From a virus (Duplodnaviria; Caudoviricetes), in IMG/VR virus record IMGVR_UViG_3300005805_000103, positions 1 to 57,374 of that record: a stretch of DNA of 57,374 bases. One strand, 5' to 3'. The notes under the pieces were generated by a model. That model saw only the letters and a program-made list of their open reading frames with translations. It was not told the DNA's origin and ran no database searches. Below are positions 1 to 9,549 of the stretch, piece by piece. The number at the start of each line of letters is the position of its first letter. Positions within the stretch are counted from its first letter, which is position 1. The position numbers were made by a program, and so were the translations under genes.

Positions 1-195
1 GCCAACCAGAACGACAACTATGGTATCATCGTTGCCGGTCACGAGGCTGCTGTGGCTACTGCTGAGACGATCACGAAGACCGAAACCTATCGTGACCCGG
101 ACAGCTTCGCCGACATCGTGCGTGGTATGCATGTGTATGGTCGCAAGCTGCTTCGTCCCGAAGCCATCGTGCGCGCCAAGTACAACGTCGCTTAA
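1..195 (+). CDS. Major capsid protein, C-terminal part (gene split by window boundary)
   Basis: Frame 1 reads ANQNDNYGIIVAGHEAAVATAETITKTETYRDPDSFADIVRGMHVYGRKLLRPEAIVRAKYNVA*, a typical phage capsid C-terminus (DIVRG.HVYG.K..RPEA); N-terminal part at 56908. Confidence 0.9.
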   Translation, partial: ANQNDNYGIIVAGHEAAVATAETITKTETYRDPDSFADIVRGMHVYGRKLLRPEAIVRAKYNVA

Positions 196-202
196 TGTTA
201 AA

Positions 203-227
203 GAGGGGGCTTCGGTCCCCTCCTTTT
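203..227 (+). terminator. Intrinsic terminator after major capsid gene
   Basis: GAGGGGGC-TTCG-GTCCCCTC hairpin followed by CTTTT. Confidence 0.75.
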
Positions 228-241
228 AAAAGGAAAAAATA

Positions 242-649
242 ATGGCTGCTGTTCAATCTCTTCGCAACAAAGCCTACATTGTGGAAAAGGAAGTGACGCT
301 TGCCGCCACCTCCGGTACCGCTGTAGGTATCTCCGTGGGTGCTGGCACTTTGGTGCTAGCGGTTGGTTTCGAAAACTATACCACTGTGCCCAATATCACC
401 ACCTATACTCTGGACATTACCGACGGTACTACCACCTTCGCTAATGATTTGGATTTTGACAACACCGCCGCTAACACCATCAAGGTTGGCACCACGGCGG
501 GTCTGGTGGCTGCTGCTGACACCATCGACGTTGTCACCACGATCTCCGGCTCGCCCGGTGCAATCAGTGGTCGCGTGTTCGCCCTTGTTGTTGATGTCAA
601 CAAGGACTGGGCTGCTCCCGGCTCCGTAGACCGTGACACGCTTGCCTAA
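242..649 (+). CDS. Probable capsid decoration/auxiliary virion protein
   Basis: 135 aa, beta-rich T/A/V/G composition, directly after capsid gene, RBS AAAGGA. Confidence 0.6.
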   Translation: MAAVQSLRNKAYIVEKEVTLAATSGTAVGISVGAGTLVLAVGFENYTTVPNITTYTLDITDGTTTFANDLDFDNTAANTIKVGTTAGLVAAADTIDVVTTISGSPGAISGRVFALVVDVNKDWAAPGSVDRDTLA

Positions 650-673
650 GTCTGGGAAGACGTAAGCAAAATG

Positions 674-698
674 GAAAAGGCTCTACGGAGCCTTTTTC
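674..698 (+). terminator. Intrinsic terminator
   Basis: GAAAAGGCTC-TACG-GAGCCTTTTT. Confidence 0.75.
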
Positions 699-720
699 TG
701 TTGTATAACTAGGAATACTT

Positions 721-1437
721 ATGGCAACCTTTCTCTCACTCACCAACGAGCTTTTGCGCCGTCTCAACGAAGTGGAGATGGATTCCAACACGTTTGGAAC
801 GGCTCGAAACATTCAATCGTTGGCAAAGGACGCCATTAATGCCTCAGTCCGTGAAATATTGCACGTGGCGCAGGAATGGCCTTTTACGCTTACTACCGGT
901 ACTGTGACGACTGTGGCAGGCACTGCCGAATATAGTTTTCCCGCTGACCTATCAAGCGTCGATTGGGACAGCTTCTATCTCCGACAGCACGTCGATCAAA
1001 CGAATATTCCTCAGAAACTAGAGCCGTTGACGTATGTTGATTTTCTCCGGCACTATCGCGGTCGTGATGACGCTGCTGGCACCTCTGCTCGCCAAGCGCC
1101 AGAACGCGTTTACATGACGCAAGAAAACAAGTTTGGACTTACGCCACCGCCCGATAAAGACTACGTCATCGAGTATAAATATTGGACGTTCCCGGCTGAG
1201 ATGTCAGCGTTTGGTGACACTTGCATCATTCCAGATCGTTTCAAAGGCGTCGTTATTGATGGGGGCATGATGTATTTGATGACCTTCCGCAGCAATGAAC
1301 AAAGCGCTGCCATCCATCGTGAGAAGTTTGACAACGGCATTCGCACCATGCGTCGATTGCTTGTCGATGATCCGGTGTCGATGACTTCGACAATGATTTT
1401 GAAGCCTGCCGTTTCGGCACGGGTGCTAAATGGCTGA
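721..1437 (+). CDS. Head-tail adaptor / tail tubular protein A-like
   Basis: N-terminal TFLSLTNELLRRLNE, WPF motif, position after capsid genes. Confidence 0.75.
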   Translation: MATFLSLTNELLRRLNEVEMDSNTFGTARNIQSLAKDAINASVREILHVAQEWPFTLTTGTVTTVAGTAEYSFPADLSSVDWDSFYLRQHVDQTNIPQKLEPLTYVDFLRHYRGRDDAAGTSARQAPERVYMTQENKFGLTPPPDKDYVIEYKYWTFPAEMSAFGDTCIIPDRFKGVVIDGGMMYLMTFRSNEQSAAIHREKFDNGIRTMRRLLVDDPVSMTSTMILKPAVSARVLNG

Positions 1438-2986
1438 TCGCATTCAGGCGGCGAAAGTTAGCTGTCTTGGTGGGCTTGACACCAATAAAGACTTGCTGAC
1501 ACAAGCTGAGCGCTATCCCGGTAGCGCTTTGCAGCTTATCAACTATGAGCCTTCCACATCGGGTGGATATAGGCGCATTAGTGGATATGCCAACAACTAC
1601 GGTACAGTGCCGGGTGAGGGCGGCGTCTTAGGCATTAACGTTTTCGACGGCATCAACAACGGCATCTTTGCTTGTCGCAAGCCTGCTGCTGGTACGGATT
1701 ATTTCTATCGCTGGAATACCGGCACAAGCGCATGGGTGGCTGTCACCACTCCCGGCACCGTCACGATGGTTGGTGTCAAGAAGGTGCGCTTTGAAAACCT
1801 CACATGGGGCGTGAACAAGATGGTGTTGGTGGACGGGGTCAATCCCGCTGCTGTTTACGACGGCACCACCTACACTCAAATTACAGCGTCTACGGCACCG
1901 GCTGCGCCGAAGTATGTAACGCAGTTTGCCAATCATTTGTTCTTGGCAGGAGACAGTAGCGCTCCGTACAACCTGTATTTCTCTGCGCCGACGGCTGAAA
2001 CCAACTTCACTCCGGCAGCAGGAGCAGGCGTCATCAACGTTGGCTTTCCCATTGTGCAGATAAAGTCGTTCCGCGATGTGCTGTACATCTTCGGTAAGAA
2101 TGCCATCAAGCGGATGGTTGGTACCAGTATTGCTGACTTCAATGTGCAAGAGGTGACGAACAATCTCGGCTGCATCGTTCCCGACAGTGTCGTGGAGTTT
2201 GCCGGTAATCTGGTGTTCTTGAGCTATGACGGTTTTCGACCAATTGCGGGCACGGCTCGAATTGGTGACATTGAGCTTGAAAACTTGTCAAAGCAAATTC
2301 AAGCAACGGTGAATGCTCTCATAGACGAAATCGTTGACTCCAATCTTGATGTAGAAAAATTCAACAGCATCGTATACAACAAGAAGTCTCAGTTTAGATT
2401 CTTGTCTACAACAGACGGTGTATTCGGCATCTTGGCAGGTTTGCGTCGTACCGATCAAGGCATCGGCATGGAGTTTGGTGAGTTGTTCGACATGACGGCA
2501 ACGGCTGCTGCTAACGGGCTAATTAATACTGAAGAAATTCTTCTGCATGGCGACGCAAGTGGCAAAGTGTATAAACAAGAAGTTGGCAGCAACTTCGACA
2601 GTCGTCCCATTCTGAGTATTTATCAGACACCGTATTATTACTTTGAAGACCCAACGATTCGTAAGAATTTCTACAACGTTACGACGTTCTTGCGTGCTGA
2701 CGGAGCAGTGAACATTGCGTTTGCAGTGTCATATGACTTTGACGATAGCGTAAATGTTTTCAATCCCGCAGACTATGATATAACGACGCAATATGCTGCT
2801 GCGTTCTACAACTCAGCCATCTACGACAGTGTTGCCGTATATGACGGCAATCCATCGCCAGTGGTAAAGACCAACATTTCAGGCTCTGGATTCTCTGTCT
2901 CATTCACGTACGTCACCAATGACACAAATCTAAGCCACAATATTCAGGGCTTGGTAATGAACTTCTCATACAACGACAGGAGATAA
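1430..2986 (+). CDS. Tail tubular protein B / nozzle-like (beta-propeller)
   Basis: 518 aa, GGL near N-terminus, beta-propeller-like segments (NHLFLAG, YFSAP, LGCIVPDSVVEF), podovirus gene order. Confidence 0.7.
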   Translation: MADRIQAAKVSCLGGLDTNKDLLTQAERYPGSALQLINYEPSTSGGYRRISGYANNYGTVPGEGGVLGINVFDGINNGIFACRKPAAGTDYFYRWNTGTSAWVAVTTPGTVTMVGVKKVRFENLTWGVNKMVLVDGVNPAAVYDGTTYTQITASTAPAAPKYVTQFANHLFLAGDSSAPYNLYFSAPTAETNFTPAAGAGVINVGFPIVQIKSFRDVLYIFGKNAIKRMVGTSIADFNVQEVTNNLGCIVPDSVVEFAGNLVFLSYDGFRPIAGTARIGDIELENLSKQIQATVNALIDEIVDSNLDVEKFNSIVYNKKSQFRFLSTTDGVFGILAGLRRTDQGIGMEFGELFDMTATAAANGLINTEEILLHGDASGKVYKQEVGSNFDSRPILSIYQTPYYYFEDPTIRKNFYNVTTFLRADGAVNIAFAVSYDFDDSVNVFNPADYDITTQYAAAFYNSAIYDSVAVYDGNPSPVVKTNISGSGFSVSFTYVTNDTNLSHNIQGLVMNFSYNDRR

Positions 2987-2988
2987 TT

Positions 2989-5900
2989 GTGGCAGGATAT
3001 TCCCGTCAATCAGCAGCGAGCATCGTTCCGACAGCGGTTGTTCGCGCTACACCCCTTAACGACGAGTTTAATACTCTTCGTGACGCCTTCGTCGTTGCAA
3101 CCGGTCATAAGCATGACGGCACCGCCACCGAAGGCGCATACATCCCGCTGATTTCCGATACGAATGCTCGCAACAAAGTTGTTGTCGATAGCACCAACAA
3201 TCGCATCAGTCTGTTTGTCAATGTCAGCAGCGCTGCCGTAGAACAACTCCGTCTCATCGACGGAGCCTTGTTGCCGGTCACTGACAACGACATCGATCTC
3301 GGAAGCAGCAGCTTCGAGTTCAAAGACCTGTTCATTGACGGCACTGCCAACATCGACAGCCTTGTTGCCGATACCGCTGCCATCTCTGGCGGCACTATCA
3401 ACAGCGCTGTCATTGGCGGCACCACGCCAGCAGCAGGCACGTTTACGACGATTAGCGCCACTGTAAGCGCAACGATTCCAAGTGCTGCCATCTCTGGCGG
3501 CACCATCAACAACACCGTCATTGGCGCAACAACGCCTGCTGCCGGTACCTTCACCAACCTGACGGTGAACACTGCGGCAACAATTGCGTCTGCTGCTATC
3601 AGCGCCGGTACAATAAACGGCGTTGTTATTGGAGGCACCTCACCTCAAGCCGTCACCGGCACCACCATCACTGCCAACACCGGGTTTGTTGGCGCGTTGA
3701 CAGGCAACGTTACAGGCAACGTCACTGCCTCTAGCGGCACGTCAACGTTCAACAACGCCACCGTCAACGGAACGTTGTCGGCTACGCTAACTGGTAACGT
3801 CAATGCTTCTACTGGTACGTCAACGTTCAACAACGTCACGATTAGCGGCACTCTCAACATGGATGCAGGAACTTCTGCAACCATCACCAATTTGTCATCA
3901 CCCGTCAACAACAGCGACGCGGCTACAAAGGGGTATGTTGACACTGCCATTTCCAATCTGATTGACACGGCACCGGGAACACTAGACACCCTAAACGAGC
4001 TTGCAGCAGCATTGGGTGACGATCCCAATTTTGCCACAACCGTCACCAACTCCATCGCGACAAAGCTGTCGTTGAGCGGCGGCACCATGACTGGTGCCAT
4101 TGCGATGGGCACGAACAAAATCACAGGTCTTGGTGATCCGACGTCAAATCAAGACGCCGCGACAAAGACCTACGTAGACACACAGCGCGACACACGACTT
4201 GCGTTGAGCGGTGGCACCATGACGGGCGCCATTGCAATGGGGACGAACAAGATTACCGGTCTTGGCGATCCGACAGCAAATCAAGACGCTGCTACGAAGA
4301 TTTATGTTGATGGCATTCTAGGCTCTGCAACGTCGGCTGCGGCATCTGCGGCTGCGGCTGCAACGAGCGCTAGCAACGCGGCAACGAGCGCGTCTAACGC
4401 GTCTACAAGCGCTTCCAATGCTTCGTCAAGCGCAAGTGCTGCGGCAGCGTCAGCAGCGGCTGCGGCTGCTAGCTACGACAGCTTTGATGATCGTTATCTC
4501 GGTGTTAAGACCAGCGACCCGTCAGTGGATAATGACGGCGATGCGTTGGTCACTGGAGCTATTTATTTCAATAGCACTGCCGGAGAAATGCGTGTCTGGA
4601 CCGGGTCGGCGTGGGCTTCTACGCTTTTGACCACCGGTGCTCAGACATTCACCGGCACCAAGACATTTAGCAGCGACCCGATCCTGTCGGCAGGCACCGC
4701 CAACGGAGTGGCCTACCTCAACGGCAGCAAGGTGCTGACCACGGGGAGTGCGCTGACTTTTAGTGGTGGGATTTTTGGAGTTTCAGACGCTTCTTCTCCA
4801 AGAATTTCTGTAGAGGGTTCTTCTACCGCTTCAGGGTATTTAATTTTTAAAAATACCACTTCTGGATTGAACAGAGGCTATGTTGGTTATGAGTTTGCCA
4901 ACGATGCAATGCCTTTTGCTGTTGCTGGCTCCGAACAAATGCGCCTGACCTCCACGGGTCTGGGTATTGGGACGAGTTCGCCTTCTCGCGCACTGACAAT
5001 CGAGCGATCTGGCGCAGCATTCCCTTCTACCGCTAATCCGTCTGTACGCCTGAACGAAACTTCATCTGGTCGTTTTGCTGTGATGGAATTGGACAGTAGC
5101 CAGAATTTGAACTTTTGGAACGGTGATACTGGCGCTGGTTCTATCAGGTTTTACAGAGGTGGCGGCTCTGGAACGCTGTCGATGTCTTTGGATGGCTCCG
5201 GCAATCTGGGTATTGGGACGAGTTCGCCTGCTACAAAGCTAGATGTAGTCGGGTCGGCACAGATCGGAGCCAGCACTGCTAAAACCAAGTTTTATTCTGA
5301 TAGCACATACAACGGCATCTTCAATGGCGCATCACTAGGCTCAAATGAATCCATCTATATGGGTGGCGGGATGCAGTTTTTTTACGCATCCGGCTCCGAA
5401 CAAATGCGCCTGACCTCCACGGGTCTGGGTATTGGGACGAGTTCGCCGGGGACAAGACTGACGGTTAAGCCTTCTGCCACATCAAGTGGAACCTTTGATG
5501 TTCTGACAGGAAGCACAAATACAGATTCCATTCGCCTCAGTGGTGGCGGCACTGTAAATACTTGGCTTGAGTTGCGCGGCTACCTTGGCGTTAAGTTGTA
5601 TTCTGACTTGACCAACACCGTAACTGTTGATGCCTCCGGCAATCTGGGTATTGGGACGAGTTCACCTGCTTATAAGTTGGATGTTCAAGGCTCGGCTACT
5701 GACTTCGTTGCGTTCAGCGGCCTCAACACAAACAACAACTCGGGACTCGCAACAAGTTCGGCAATTAAATTTGGCTTTACATCCACTGTCGGTACGCACT
5801 ACGCCACCCTGAAAATCACCGAGGACGCTGGCAACGACAACAGTGGCAGTTTGACCATTTCACTGCCATATGGCGGTGTCGAATCCACTAAACTGACGCT

Positions 5901-6960
5901 TAACTCCTCCGGCAACCTCGGCTTGGGGGTGACGCCGAGTGCTTGGAGTACATCGGTGCAAACGGCGCTACAGGTTTATACCGCTGGTATTTCTGGCAAC
6001 GGTGGCGGCAACACTGCGAGTCGATTTACGCATGGAGCATATTTAGACGGGTCTACTTGGAAATACCAATACACGGGCGTAGGCCCAGCACTTTACGAAA
6101 TAACCGGGCCAAATTCTGGCAGCACGCATTCTTGGTCTATTGCCGCAGGTGGCACAGCAGGTAACGCCATCAGTTTCACGCAGGCGATGACGCTGGATGC
6201 GAGTGGGAATTTGCTGGTTGGAGCCACAAGCGCAGTAGGCAGGTTCACGCTTGAAAACGCTGCAACCACCGTGGAGATGACACTGCGTTCTACTGGTGGT
6301 GTAGGTACAAACAACCGGGCGAGAATTATCGGAGGCTATGAAGCAGGTGGCTCTGACTACGGTGGCTACCTTGCATTCAACACGACCAGCACAAGCAACG
6401 TAAACGGCGAACGCGCCCGTATCACCAGCGGGGGGGACTTGCTGGTGGGGACTACGAGTACCAACGAAACATCAGGTACTGGAGGAAGGTTTGGGGCTGA
6501 CGGTTATGTAAGAAGCACAAGAGCTGGTAGCACAAGCGCTGCTTCAACACTGGATGTGTATTCCACAGGTGCTTCAGCGTTTCGCTTTTATGTGGACATG
6601 GCTGGAACTGTATTTGCAACCAACACAACGATCAGCGCCATCTCTGACCAGCGTTTAAAAGAAAACATTGAAGACATTGATGCTGGCCTCAACGCTGTCA
6701 TGGCGCTAAAGCCTCGCAAGTTTGACTGGAAGTCCGGTAAGGGTAAGGACATCAAGGGTGACCGTGGATTCATCGCTCAAGAGTTTGAGCAGGTATTCCC
6801 TGACCTGATTGATGAGTGGAAAGACCCTGCGCCCGAAGGTGAGGAACCATACAAGTCGGTGCGTCAAGACCTGATTCCCGTGCTTGTGAAAGCCATCCAA
6901 GAACAGCAAGCCATCATCACCGACCTCCGCGCTCGCGTAGCGCAACTTGAAGCCAAGTAA
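2989..6960 (+). CDS. Tail fibre protein with C-terminal intramolecular chaperone (peptidase S74-like)
   Basis: GTG start; N-terminal anchor (LNDEFN..GHKHDG), G/T-rich repeats, LDTLNELAAALGDDPNFA, DAATK.YVD repeats, GLGIGTSSP repeats, C-terminal SDQRLKENI...GFIAQE...LVKAIQE. Confidence 0.9.
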   Translation: MAGYSRQSAASIVPTAVVRATPLNDEFNTLRDAFVVATGHKHDGTATEGAYIPLISDTNARNKVVVDSTNNRISLFVNVSSAAVEQLRLIDGALLPVTDNDIDLGSSSFEFKDLFIDGTANIDSLVADTAAISGGTINSAVIGGTTPAAGTFTTISATVSATIPSAAISGGTINNTVIGATTPAAGTFTNLTVNTAATIASAAISAGTINGVVIGGTSPQAVTGTTITANTGFVGALTGNVTGNVTASSGTSTFNNATVNGTLSATLTGNVNASTGTSTFNNVTISGTLNMDAGTSATITNLSSPVNNSDAATKGYVDTAISNLIDTAPGTLDTLNELAAALGDDPNFATTVTNSIATKLSLSGGTMTGAIAMGTNKITGLGDPTSNQDAATKTYVDTQRDTRLALSGGTMTGAIAMGTNKITGLGDPTANQDAATKIYVDGILGSATSAAASAAAAATSASNAATSASNASTSASNASSSASAAAASAAAAAASYDSFDDRYLGVKTSDPSVDNDGDALVTGAIYFNSTAGEMRVWTGSAWASTLLTTGAQTFTGTKTFSSDPILSAGTANGVAYLNGSKVLTTGSALTFSGGIFGVSDASSPRISVEGSSTASGYLIFKNTTSGLNRGYVGYEFANDAMPFAVAGSEQMRLTSTGLGIGTSSPSRALTIERSGAAFPSTANPSVRLNETSSGRFAVMELDSSQNLNFWNGDTGAGSIRFYRGGGSGTLSMSLDGSGNLGIGTSSPATKLDVVGSAQIGASTAKTKFYSDSTYNGIFNGASLGSNESIYMGGGMQFFYASGSEQMRLTSTGLGIGTSSPGTRLTVKPSATSSGTFDVLTGSTNTDSIRLSGGGTVNTWLELRGYLGVKLYSDLTNTVTVDASGNLGIGTSSPAYKLDVQGSATDFVAFSGLNTNNNSGLATSSAIKFGFTSTVGTHYATLKITEDAGNDNSGSLTISLPYGGVESTKLTLNSSGNLGLGVTPSAWSTSVQTALQVYTAGISGNGGGNTASRFTHGAYLDGSTWKYQYTGVGPALYEITGPNSGSTHSWSIAAGGTAGNAISFTQAMTLDASGNLLVGATSAVGRFTLENAATTVEMTLRSTGGVGTNNRARIIGGYEAGGSDYGGYLAFNTTSTSNVNGERARITSGGDLLVGTTSTNETSGTGGRFGADGYVRSTRAGSTSAASTLDVYSTGASAFRFYVDMAGTVFATNTTISAISDQRLKENIEDIDAGLNAVMALKPRKFDWKSGKGKDIKGDRGFIAQEFEQVFPDLIDEWKDPAPEGEEPYKSVRQDLIPVLVKAIQEQQAIITDLRARVAQLEAK
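4069..4311 (+). repeat. Tandem ~44-codon repeat in tail fibre (LSGGTMTGAIAMGTNKITGLGDPT.NQDAATK.YVD x2)
   Basis: Two near-identical copies in the translation. Confidence 0.85.
4927..5670 (+). repeat. Nucleotide direct repeats inside tail fibre
   Basis: Identical 56-bp copies at 4927-4982 and 5392-5447; near-identical ~42-bp copies at ~5191 and ~5629; all four share TCTGGGTATTGGGACGAGTTC. Confidence 0.9.
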
Positions 6961-6974
6961 GAAAGGAAACTGAA

Positions 6975-7310
6975 ATGACGACTCAAATCACATGGACGAT
7001 CAGCGTCCTCGACTGCATCCCGCAAACACCGGAAGGTGCAGACTATGTAACAGTCGCGCACTGGCAGTGCACGGGTACAGACGGCACTTACACAGGTCAG
7101 GTCTACAGCACCTGCTCATTCCCGGTAACGCAAGGTGCTTTTACGCCCTACGCCAACCTGACTCAGGATCAGGTCTTGGGATGGTGCTGGGCTAACGGCG
7201 TGGACAAAGATGCAACTGAGGCTGCTGTAGAGCAACAAATCCAAAATGCTATAAACCCGCCAATAATTTCCCCACAACTCCCTTGGATCACCCCTCCCGC
7301 AACCAACTGA
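6975..7310 (+). CDS. Tail-fibre-associated protein (FTPYANLTQDQVLGW family), copy 1
   Basis: RBS GAAAGGAA; family commonly found after tail fibres; paralogue at 7585. Confidence 0.7.
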   Translation: MTTQITWTISVLDCIPQTPEGADYVTVAHWQCTGTDGTYTGQVYSTCSFPVTQGAFTPYANLTQDQVLGWCWANGVDKDATEAAVEQQIQNAINPPIISPQLPWITPPATN

Positions 7311-7320
7311 AGGAAAGACA

Positions 7321-7488
7321 ATGAACGACACGAAAATTGAACTGACCCTGCCCCTCGTGAACGCCGTGCTGCAATATCTCGGCACCCGGCCTTATCAAGA
7401 GGTGTTCCCGTTGGTGCAAGCCATTCAGGAGCAAGCAACGCCCCAGTTGCCCATGCCTGAGATCAAGCCGGAAGAGCAGGTGCAGTGA
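7321..7488 (+). CDS. Small tail-fibre-associated protein, copy 1 (55 aa)
   Basis: Manual translation MNDTKIELTLPLVNAVLQYLGTRPYQEVFPLVQAIQEQATPQLPMPEIKPEEQVQ; RBS AAGGA. Confidence 0.75.
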   Translation: MNDTKIELTLPLVNAVLQYLGTRPYQEVFPLVQAIQEQATPQLPMPEIKPEEQVQ

Positions 7489-7571
7489 TGGCGTGGTCAG
7501 ATGTTCTGAAGGCAGTTATCCCCATCGTGGTGGCCGCGCTCGCGTGGCGCAACTTGAAGCCAAGTAACTAG
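7488..7571 (+). pseudogene. Truncated membrane-protein gene start fused to a duplicated tail-fibre 3' end
   Basis: MAWSDVLKAVIPIVVAALAW runs into a copy of 6927-6978 and stops after 27 aa. Confidence 0.55.
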
Positions 7572-7584
7572 AAAGGAAACTGAA

Positions 7585-7875
7585 ATGAACATCATCATCA
7601 ACACAATGGAACGCAACACCGCCGACGGTTTTGTCACCGTCGTTCATTGGAGCGTTGTCAAAACCCAAGACGAACACACCGCGTCTCAATATGGCACCGA
7701 GTCGTTTACGCACGAAGGCACGTTTAAGCCTTTCGCAGAACTCACCGAAGCTGATGTTATTGGTTGGCTGACAGAGCGTTGGGGCGCTGACGGCATGGCA
7801 GCAAAAGAGGCTGCACTGGATGCGCAGTTGGCATCATTTGCCAATCCTCCGGTGACGTCTGGCGTTCCGTGGTAA
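7585..7875 (+). CDS. Tail-fibre-associated protein, copy 2 (diverged paralogue of 6975-7310)
   Basis: FVTVVHW...FKPFAELTEADVIGW...GVPW aligns with YVTVAHW...FTPYANLTQDQVLGW...LPW. Confidence 0.75.
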   Translation: MNIIINTMERNTADGFVTVVHWSVVKTQDEHTASQYGTESFTHEGTFKPFAELTEADVIGWLTERWGADGMAAKEAALDAQLASFANPPVTSGVPW

Positions 7876-7924
7876 TATGTAGCAGACGCAGTTTGCGTCT
7901 GTTCATGTTAACGAAAGGACTCCT

Positions 7925-8092
7925 ATGAACGAAAACAAAATTTCACTAACGCTGCCGCTTGTAAACGCTGTGCTTCAATATTTGGCAACACGTCCATATC
8001 AGGAAGTGTTTCAAATTGTTCAAGCTATTCAGGAGCAAGCAACGCCTCAGTTGCCGATGCCTGAAATTAAGCCGGAAGAACAAGTGCAGTAA
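7925..8092 (+). CDS. Small tail-fibre-associated protein, copy 2 (55 aa)
   Basis: MNENKISLTLPLVNAVLQYLATRPYQEVFQIVQAIQEQATPQLPMPEIKPEEQVQ, near-identical to 7321-7488. Confidence 0.75.
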   Translation: MNENKISLTLPLVNAVLQYLATRPYQEVFQIVQAIQEQATPQLPMPEIKPEEQVQ

Positions 8093-8586
8093 TGGAGCCA
8101 ATAAGCGGCATCCTCGCAGCAGTATCGGCAGCGAATGCCGCTTTTGGCGCTGTTAAAAAGCTTGTTGCCACCGGCAGAGAAATACAAGACGTTGCCGGTC
8201 AAATTGGTAAATGGTATGGAGCCTTTGGAGACTTCAATCGCATTGCCAACGAGAAAGCCAACAAGAAGCCATCAGTATTTAAGCGCCTGCTAAACGAAGG
8301 GTCTGTAGAGCAAGAAGCCTTGCAGATCACAATGCATAAACAAGCGCTTATAAAACAAGAATACGAGCTAAAGATATTGATCATCGCTCACTACGGTGAA
8401 AATGTTTATAACGAGATGATCATGGAGCGTATTAGGCTCAAGAAAGAGCGCGAAAAGAAACAGCGTGAGCATTATTTGCGTCAACAAGCATTTATGCTTA
8501 ATGTCAAATACGGCACAGGTATTGCCTTTTTACTGACGGCGTTGTCTGGTGTCATCTATTACATCATTGCTGCTTCACAAAAATGA
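8092..8586 (+). CDS. Hypothetical membrane-anchored coiled-coil protein
   Basis: 164 aa, charged coiled segment, C-terminal hydrophobic helix. Confidence 0.6.
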   Translation: MEPISGILAAVSAANAAFGAVKKLVATGREIQDVAGQIGKWYGAFGDFNRIANEKANKKPSVFKRLLNEGSVEQEALQITMHKQALIKQEYELKILIIAHYGENVYNEMIMERIRLKKEREKKQREHYLRQQAFMLNVKYGTGIAFLLTALSGVIYYIIAASQK

Positions 8587-9059
8587 GTTTGAAAAAGCCT
8601 GCACCAACCGCTACTCGTTCTGAGAAAGAAGCCTATGTCAAAGCTCTTGCTGCGATTTCTATTAGCGTGCTTGCTTTATTGCTTGCTGTTACAAATTACT
8701 TTGCCGGGAGAAATTCTTCTGCCGTTTTGAACGGCACTATTAGCGCCAACAACCTGTGGACGTGGTATGGCACCAAGAATGTCAGAGCCACCATTCATGA
8801 AGTTGCAGGCTCTAAAGACGAAGTTATTCGTCTGCGTGCTGACATGGAAGACATCGAGGCTAAAGCGCGTGCTGCCGAAGCCGTCAGAGACGCTGCCAAA
8901 ACGAAGTCTCCGTGGTATTCATATTCGGCAATGGCGTTGCAGCTTGCCATTGTGTTGTCGTCTGCTGCCATTTTGGCAGTGACGCTGTCGTTGTTCTATG
9001 CATCAATTGGTGTCGGTGCTATCGGCACGTTGTTATTCTTTGTAGCTTTGGGAGCTTGA
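8583..9059 (+). CDS. Membrane protein, DUF4337-like
   Basis: N-terminal TM helix, NLWTWYGTKNVR motif, two C-terminal TM helices (LQLAIVLSSAAIL). Confidence 0.55.
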   Translation: MSLKKPAPTATRSEKEAYVKALAAISISVLALLLAVTNYFAGRNSSAVLNGTISANNLWTWYGTKNVRATIHEVAGSKDEVIRLRADMEDIEAKARAAEAVRDAAKTKSPWYSYSAMALQLAIVLSSAAILAVTLSLFYASIGVGAIGTLLFFVALGA

Positions 9060-9060
9060 T

Positions 9061-9549
9061 ATGTTGGAAATGTTGGGTGGTGGTGTATTGGGTAGCCTCT
9101 TTGGCGGCTTGTTTCGACTTGCTCCCGAAGTATTGAAGTGGCTTGATCGCAAAGATGAGCGCTCCCACGAATTGAAGATGTTTAGCCTTCAGACTGACCT
9201 TGAAAAGATGCGAGGTGAGTATAAGATGGAAGAAAAGTATGTTGACTTCAGCAAGGCAAACATTGATGCTATTGGAGAAGCATTTAAACAACAGGCTACA
9301 GCCGACAGCAAAGCATACAAGTGGGTTGCTAGCGTGTCTGCTTTAGTACGTCCCGGCGTTACGTGGCTACTCTTTGGACTATATACTTCTGTTAAAGTTG
9401 TAAGTGTTTGTTATGCAGTTAACTCTGGGTTACCCGCTATTCAGATTATGCAAGAAGTCTGGACTGCTGATGATTTCAGTATGTTGATGATGATTTTGAC
9501 ATTCTACTTCCTTGGAAGGCCGCTAGAGAAGCGAGAGTCTAAGGCATGA
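9061..9549 (+). CDS. Holin-like membrane protein (3TM-holin-like)
   Basis: Gly-rich N-terminus, HEL coiled segment, ALVRPGVTW motif, C-terminal FYFLGRPLEK; upstream of endolysin. Confidence 0.55.
   Translation: MLEMLGGGVLGSLFGGLFRLAPEVLKWLDRKDERSHELKMFSLQTDLEKMRGEYKMEEKYVDFSKANIDAIGEAFKQQATADSKAYKWVASVSALVRPGVTWLLFGLYTSVKVVSVCYAVNSGLPAIQIMQEVWTADDFSMLMMILTFYFLGRPLEKRESKA

Noticed and set aside
2989-8092. Diversity-generating retroelement or invertible shufflon acting on the tail fibre
   Set aside because: No reverse transcriptase, no adenine-specific mismatch pattern, repeats are direct rather than inverted, no adjacent invertase
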